Assembly (NCBI RefSeq): GCF_006345805.1
Contig: NC_043021.1
Location: 13,206,001 to 13,270,000, forward strand
Direction: 5' to 3'
DNA: 64,000 nucleotides
DNA from: Octopus sinensis
Lineage: Eukaryota
In this document: one piece after another, positions 58,646 through 64,000 of the stretch
Layout: the number at the start of each line of letters is the position of its first letter
Position numbering within the stretch: position 1 is the stretch's first letter
The notes under the pieces: model-generated
Databases searched by the model: none
What the model was told of the DNA's origin: nothing
What the model saw: the letters and a program-made list of their open reading frames with translations, nothing else
Position numbers and translations under genes: made by a program

Positions 58646-60610
58646 CTGAGGAAGAAACAGAAAGAGATGTGATGTAATATAAACAGGGAGAAAAATACAC
58701 AAACACACAGTCACAAAATCAATCCATCTTCAAATTTGATTGATACAAGAAGTATGGTTTATGAAATTCATTTGTAGATCAAAAGAATTTCAGGAACTAA
58801 GAAAATCATGTCCTGCCCCAATTTGTTATGCTAATACATACAAAATTAACCCGTTTATTAACCATATATTCGTTGATTTCAATTAATTTTGAATACAATG
58901 AAGGATTTTGTAAAAGAAAAAAAACATTGTTATTAAGGTGGTATTTGGGAGATAAATTAACATGGAATTTTGATGCAAGATTTCAATTTAGATCACTTCA
59001 GCCTTTTTAACATTGAAGTTACTCTGTCAAATTTAATGCTTAGGTATTCACATTACTCTTACTACAATGTAGGTTCAGTGTGAGAGGTTGGATCTGGCAA
59101 GTTTGAACTTGAAAGAGGTAAAAAATATTTGGGTCAGACGTGTTTGGTTTAAGTGCTAAAGAGTTAATTAATAAATAAATGCGCCCTTTTAAAGCCTGGC
59201 CAGGCTCATGGGCTCAGTTTCCTGGTTTCAATGGCGTATGTGTTCCCCAGCTGGACGGGACGCCAGTCCATTGCAGCGTTACTCATTTCTGCCAGCTGAG
59301 TGGACTAGAGCAACGTGAAATGAAGTGTTTTGCTCAAGAACACAACACGTTGCCCGGTCCAGGAATCAAAACCACAATCTTACAATCATGATGCTGACAC
59401 CCTAACCACTAAGCCATGTGCCTACATGCTAATGAGTTAAAATGACATTAAATCTAGAAACTTGTATTATGAACCAACAGTGGTCTCACTCAGATGGGTC
59501 AGTATCAAAAAGGTTGATAAAAATGCAAGAAATACACACACACACTCACACACAAAGACCAACTGAGAGAAAAGAAGGCCAAGCCTAATCTTTCTAGTCA
59601 TTGATCTATGATAGTAAAACGACTGATAAATTGAGGGCATGAAATCCGTACTTAAGCAATGAATATACTAGCCTTCACTCTGGACAATAGCCTTGGTCAA
59701 AGATTAAGGCTAATATAAAGCTTTTGTGCTCGTTTTTAAATCAGGTACAACTGACATTTACTAAGATGGCCTTCACACTGGACACAATCCTTGGTAGGAG
59801 CTTAAGGCTAATATCTTTTATCCTTCATCTTTTATTTGTTTCAGTGATTAGACTGTGGCCATGCTGGGGCACTGCTTTGAAGAATTTTTCATTGAATGAA
59901 TGAATCAACCCCCATACTTAAATTTTTTTTTGGTAAAGCTGGGTAATTATTTTATTGATACCTTTTGCCAAACAGCTAAGTTACAGGGACATACACACAC
60001 CATGAATTCACACTTGTTGACAAGTGGTAGTGGGAGACAAACACATAAAGACAAATGGACTGATAGACACACACAATAGTCTTCTATCAGTTTCTGTCTA
60101 CCAAATTCACTCACAAGGCTTTGGTTGACCCAAGGCTATAACCACACAGTCACATTTATAATACATAAAAAAACATCAACCAAAAACATAAAAAAAACTT
60201 CTATGTGTGTGTTTGTGAGTGTTTATAAGTGAGTGAGTGTGTGTGTGTGTGTCCGTGATTAAATGTGATAACAGCTGTTCCGTATAACTCCATATCTTGG
60301 CTATGTACAGGTACTGAAGAAATGCAAATGTAGAGAGTTAATCCCTCTAAGTAATAATGGTTTCAAATTTTGGCACAGGGCCAGAAATTTTAGAGGCAGG
60401 GGCAAGTCAATATCATTAATCATAATAATCTTTTCTATTATATTTTGGGGAGGGGGCCAGCTGATTACATCAACTCATTTGACTGCGGCCATGACTTATT
60501 CTTTGTAAGCTTAGTACTTATTCTATCAGTCTCTTTTGCTGAACTGCTAAGTTACGGGGACGTAAACACACCAGCATCGGTTGTCAAGCAATGGTGGGGG
60601 ACAAACACAG

Positions 60611-60643
<33 letters not shown>

Positions 60644-63142
60644 CAACGGGTTTCTTTCAGTTTCCATCTACCAAATCCACTCACAAGGCTTTGGTCGGCC
60701 CGAGACCAGAGTAGAAGACACTTGCCCAAGGTGCCACGCAGTGAGACTGAACCTGGAACCATGTGGTTGGTAAGTGAGCTACTTGCCACACAGCCACTCC
60801 TGCGCCTGCACAAATGTTTTAAAATAATAATAAATAAGCTTTACATTTGACAAAGTAATCTCAATGCTTTAAGGGCTATACACACACACACACACACACA
60901 CATACACACACACATACACACACACACACACAAAAAAAAAAAAAAAGAGCTTTTGTAAACTCACTCACTTCTCAGAAGAGTATCCTTCCATTCATCGGTA
61001 AAGTAAAAATGAAAATCTATACAAGTAATGGTTGTTTTAGGCTAAGACAATAGGATATATATAAGTGAAAGAACCCAAAAACCGGAAAATTACTTCATCA
61101 TAAAGCTAATCCTGGACACAAAGTGAAGAGAGATATCCTTTTATGTTTTTGGTCATCCAGTTAAATATTGAATGATGGAGGAGTGGTGGTAGCGGTGGTG
61201 GGTGGTGGGACTTGAAGTCAGACCATATAAAGAGAAAAATAAACTTGAAAGAAAAAGAAAACAAGAAACCCCCCCTCGTCCTTCCCTCTTATTTCTCTTC
61301 CTATCTTCAGGCTTCTTATCAGAAAATAAGAGTGGGAGGCGGCATGGAAGGCACTCTTGTTCTTTGTCTCGGTGTGTTTAGCAAAAAAAAAAAAGGAAAC
61401 GCTTGTTTCTCTTTTTCTTTTTTTAGAAGCAAACAACAGACAGACAGGAAAGAAATATTCCTTTTTGTGTAGGAAAAAGAAACAGGGAGAAAGTTGAAAG
61501 AGATGAAGAAGAGGAGGAGCCAGAAGGGGAAATGGAAAAATTTTTACACATATTTGACAAGAGTTTTATTCATTCATCACTGAGCAATTACCATCAACCT
61601 GCAACATAAAAATATTCCATTCTCTCTCTCTCTCTCTCTTTCCTTGTTCTTAAAGATGAAAGACAATTTAGATCCTCCTCCTCCTCCCCTCTTCTTTCTG
61701 TTATTCTTCAGAGGTCAACAACACAAAAGCCACCCCCACTTTCAAAAGATTTCTTTTATCAGTCCCCACTTCCAATAAACACCAACATAGGGTCTTGCAA
61801 TCAATAGAAAAAGAGTGAAGCAGTTGGTGGGGAGGGTGCAGAGAACAAATAGAAATTTGTATTCTCTCAGGGAAATAAGTGTCAAGAGAGAAGAAGGAGA
61901 TAACATACAAGACATCAGTTTCTGGCCTGGAACTTGAACCATAACACTCCCTTTGGAGGCATTGTGAATTCAAAAGAGGCACTAAAGAGAGAGATATGGG
62001 TGATAGCTGGGTTTTTTACTGTAAGGAGAGTGGCTTATGATCTTTCTTAGAAATAAATTATTTCCACAACTACGTCATAGAAAAGCCAATTAGAAACTCG
62101 TTAAGCTATTAAATTCACTTTAAATTTTAAAATTTGTTTCAAGAGTCATCAAAATTTTCTTTGTCCAACTGTAACAAGTGTCACGGATGCAGATCCCACT
62201 GGAACTCTTTGAGAAGTCTGTTATTAGCCAGTTCTCAGAGTTTTTGTTTTTTTTCCACTGTGGTGTCTGCTGTAGTCGTGTCGATTGGCTTTGGCACCCT
62301 TATGACATCAATCACCTGTTGATCATCGTTTCACCATATCCTCTTTTCAATGCTTGCATGGGTTAGATGGGATTTTTTGAGGCAGGTTTCCTATGACCAG
62401 ATGCCCGTCAGCCCTTGCCCATTTCCAAGCAAGGTAATATGTCCCCATGTCTAGACAGGTTTTCACAGAAGAGTGGAAACAAACAACCTCACTTGTATAT
62501 ATATAAGATGGGCTTCTTTCAGTTTCCGTCTACCAAATCCACTCACAAGGCTTTGGTCGACCCGAGGCTATAGTAGAAGACACTTGACCAAGGTGCCACA
62601 CAGTGGGACTGAACCCAGAACCGTGTGGCTGGTAAGCAAGCTACTTACCGCACAGTCACTCCTGCGCCTATATGATTACTTATTTTTAGAATAACATTGT
62701 CAGGTAAGTGTGAGAAGCCAGCTCTGGCCAGTTTTAACATAAAACAAGTAAAATATTTGGGCTGGATATAGCCGGCTTAAATGCTAAAGCATTAATGGCT
62801 CCGTGTGTTATTAACTCTTTTGTTAAATTTTTGTTGAAATACATTGTCTGTTTCAATTGATACTGAACATAATGAAGAATTTAGCAAAATAACATTGTCC
62901 ATTATTTGGAATGTAAAATAACATGAAATGTTGACAGGTTTGTCAAATGTAATCCTTATTTATTTGCATTGCTTTGAATTAATAAGGCAATATCTTGTAG
63001 CTTTGAGATTTCAATGATGTGATTGTTTCCTTTTAGAATGACATTGTAAAGTAGGTGTGAAAGGTTGGTTTGAATATGAAAACAGAATATTTGGGCTGGG
63101 TATGGTCAATTTAGCCCTTTACATTCCGATTATTCTATCAGA

Positions 63143-63480
63143 TCATCATCATCATCGTTTAATGTCTGCTTTCCATGCTAGCATGGGTTGGACGATTTGA
63201 CTGAGGTCTGGCGAACCAGATGGCTGCACCAGACTCCAATCTGATCTGGCAGAGTTTCTACAGCTAGATGCCCTTCCTAACGCCAACCACTCTGAGAGTG
63301 TAGTGGGTGCTTTTACATGCCACTGGCATGAGGGCCAGTCAGGCAGTACTGGCAACGGCCATGCTCAAGAGGTGCTTTTTATGTGCCACGTGCACAGGAG
63401 CCAGTCCAGCATCACTGGCAACGACCTCGCTCGAATGTTTTTTCACATGCCACCAGTACAAGTGCCAGTAAGGTGATGCA
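63143..63480 (-). mobile_element. 5'-truncated RTE 3'-UTR copy (abundant family)
   Basis: (cat)n-cgtttaatgtc..ttccatgctagcatgggttggacg matches 11524-11700. Other copies at ~9725-9985, 13140-13290, 29090-29277, 34670-34990, 39090-39330, 41445-41640, 45885-46020, 48214-48670, 49650-49750, 54620-54718, 57415-57630. Confidence 0.75.
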
Positions 63481-64000
63481 GGTGTAATGCTTATTTATAC
63501 TTGAGAAGACCCGTCAACCTAAATGAGATCGTAGTTGCGCCAATGCCAGTGCCACATAACTGGCATGCAAAAAACACCCATCAAATATTGGGCAATATGC
63601 TGTGTTTCAGAAAATCTGTCAAGCCAAGGGAAATCATAGTCATGGCTTGAGCATTGGGCAGTGACAGGTGACCAAGACTTGGTGATAAGGCGGTGAGCTG
63701 GCAGAAACGTTAGGACGCCGGGCGAAATGTTTTGCGGTCTGCCGTTACGTTCTGAGTTCAAATTTCGCCATGGTCGACTTTGCCCTTCATCCTTTTGGGG
63801 TCGATAAATTAAGTACCAGTTACGCACTGGGGTCGATGTAATAGACTTAATCCCTTTGTCTTGTTTTCATAAATTTTGAATTAAAATCTTCCACCAAACT
63901 TTACTCACAATTTATGTTCCTAACACTAGCTAAATGATAACAAAGTTATTTTACAAAATTCCTTGTTATATTTAAAGTAATTGAAAGAAACACAGAGCAA

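Noticed and set aside
58646-64000. Search for the missing first LIM exon (W-H-x-x-C-F-R, phase-2 donor)
   Set aside because: No such exon was found, so the gene is taken as 5'-partial.

Overview
AT-rich, microsatellite- and retroposon-dense eukaryotic DNA. The repeat landscape looks like an octopus/cephalopod genome (inference from the tRNA-derived SINE types and simple-repeat load; not confirmed by a search). One protein-coding gene is well supported: a LIM-domain kinase (LIMK1-like) on the minus strand. I reconstructed 13 coding exons by hand from 58645 down to the stop at 37993. All have GT-AG boundaries and consistent phases (2284 nt, ~760 aa: LIM1 C-half, LIM2, PDZ, kinase, long Ser/Thr tail). 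Its first coding exon(s) were not found and probably lie beyond 64000. Most of the rest is SINEs, 3' fragments of RTE and CR1/L2-like LINEs, piggyBac-type MITEs, a mariner remnant and Penelope-like fragments. Nearly all ORFs in the supplied track are microsatellite or antisense artefacts. The most interesting signals are: minimal hammerhead-ribozyme motifs in three repeat families, one inside a tRNA-headed SINE-like element; several long fold-back palindromes, one next to a LIMK exon; filled/empty paralogous TTAA sites; and an LxxIxE motif in the LIMK tail. No clearly novel gene system can be demonstrated from the sequence alone. Repeat boundaries are approximate.
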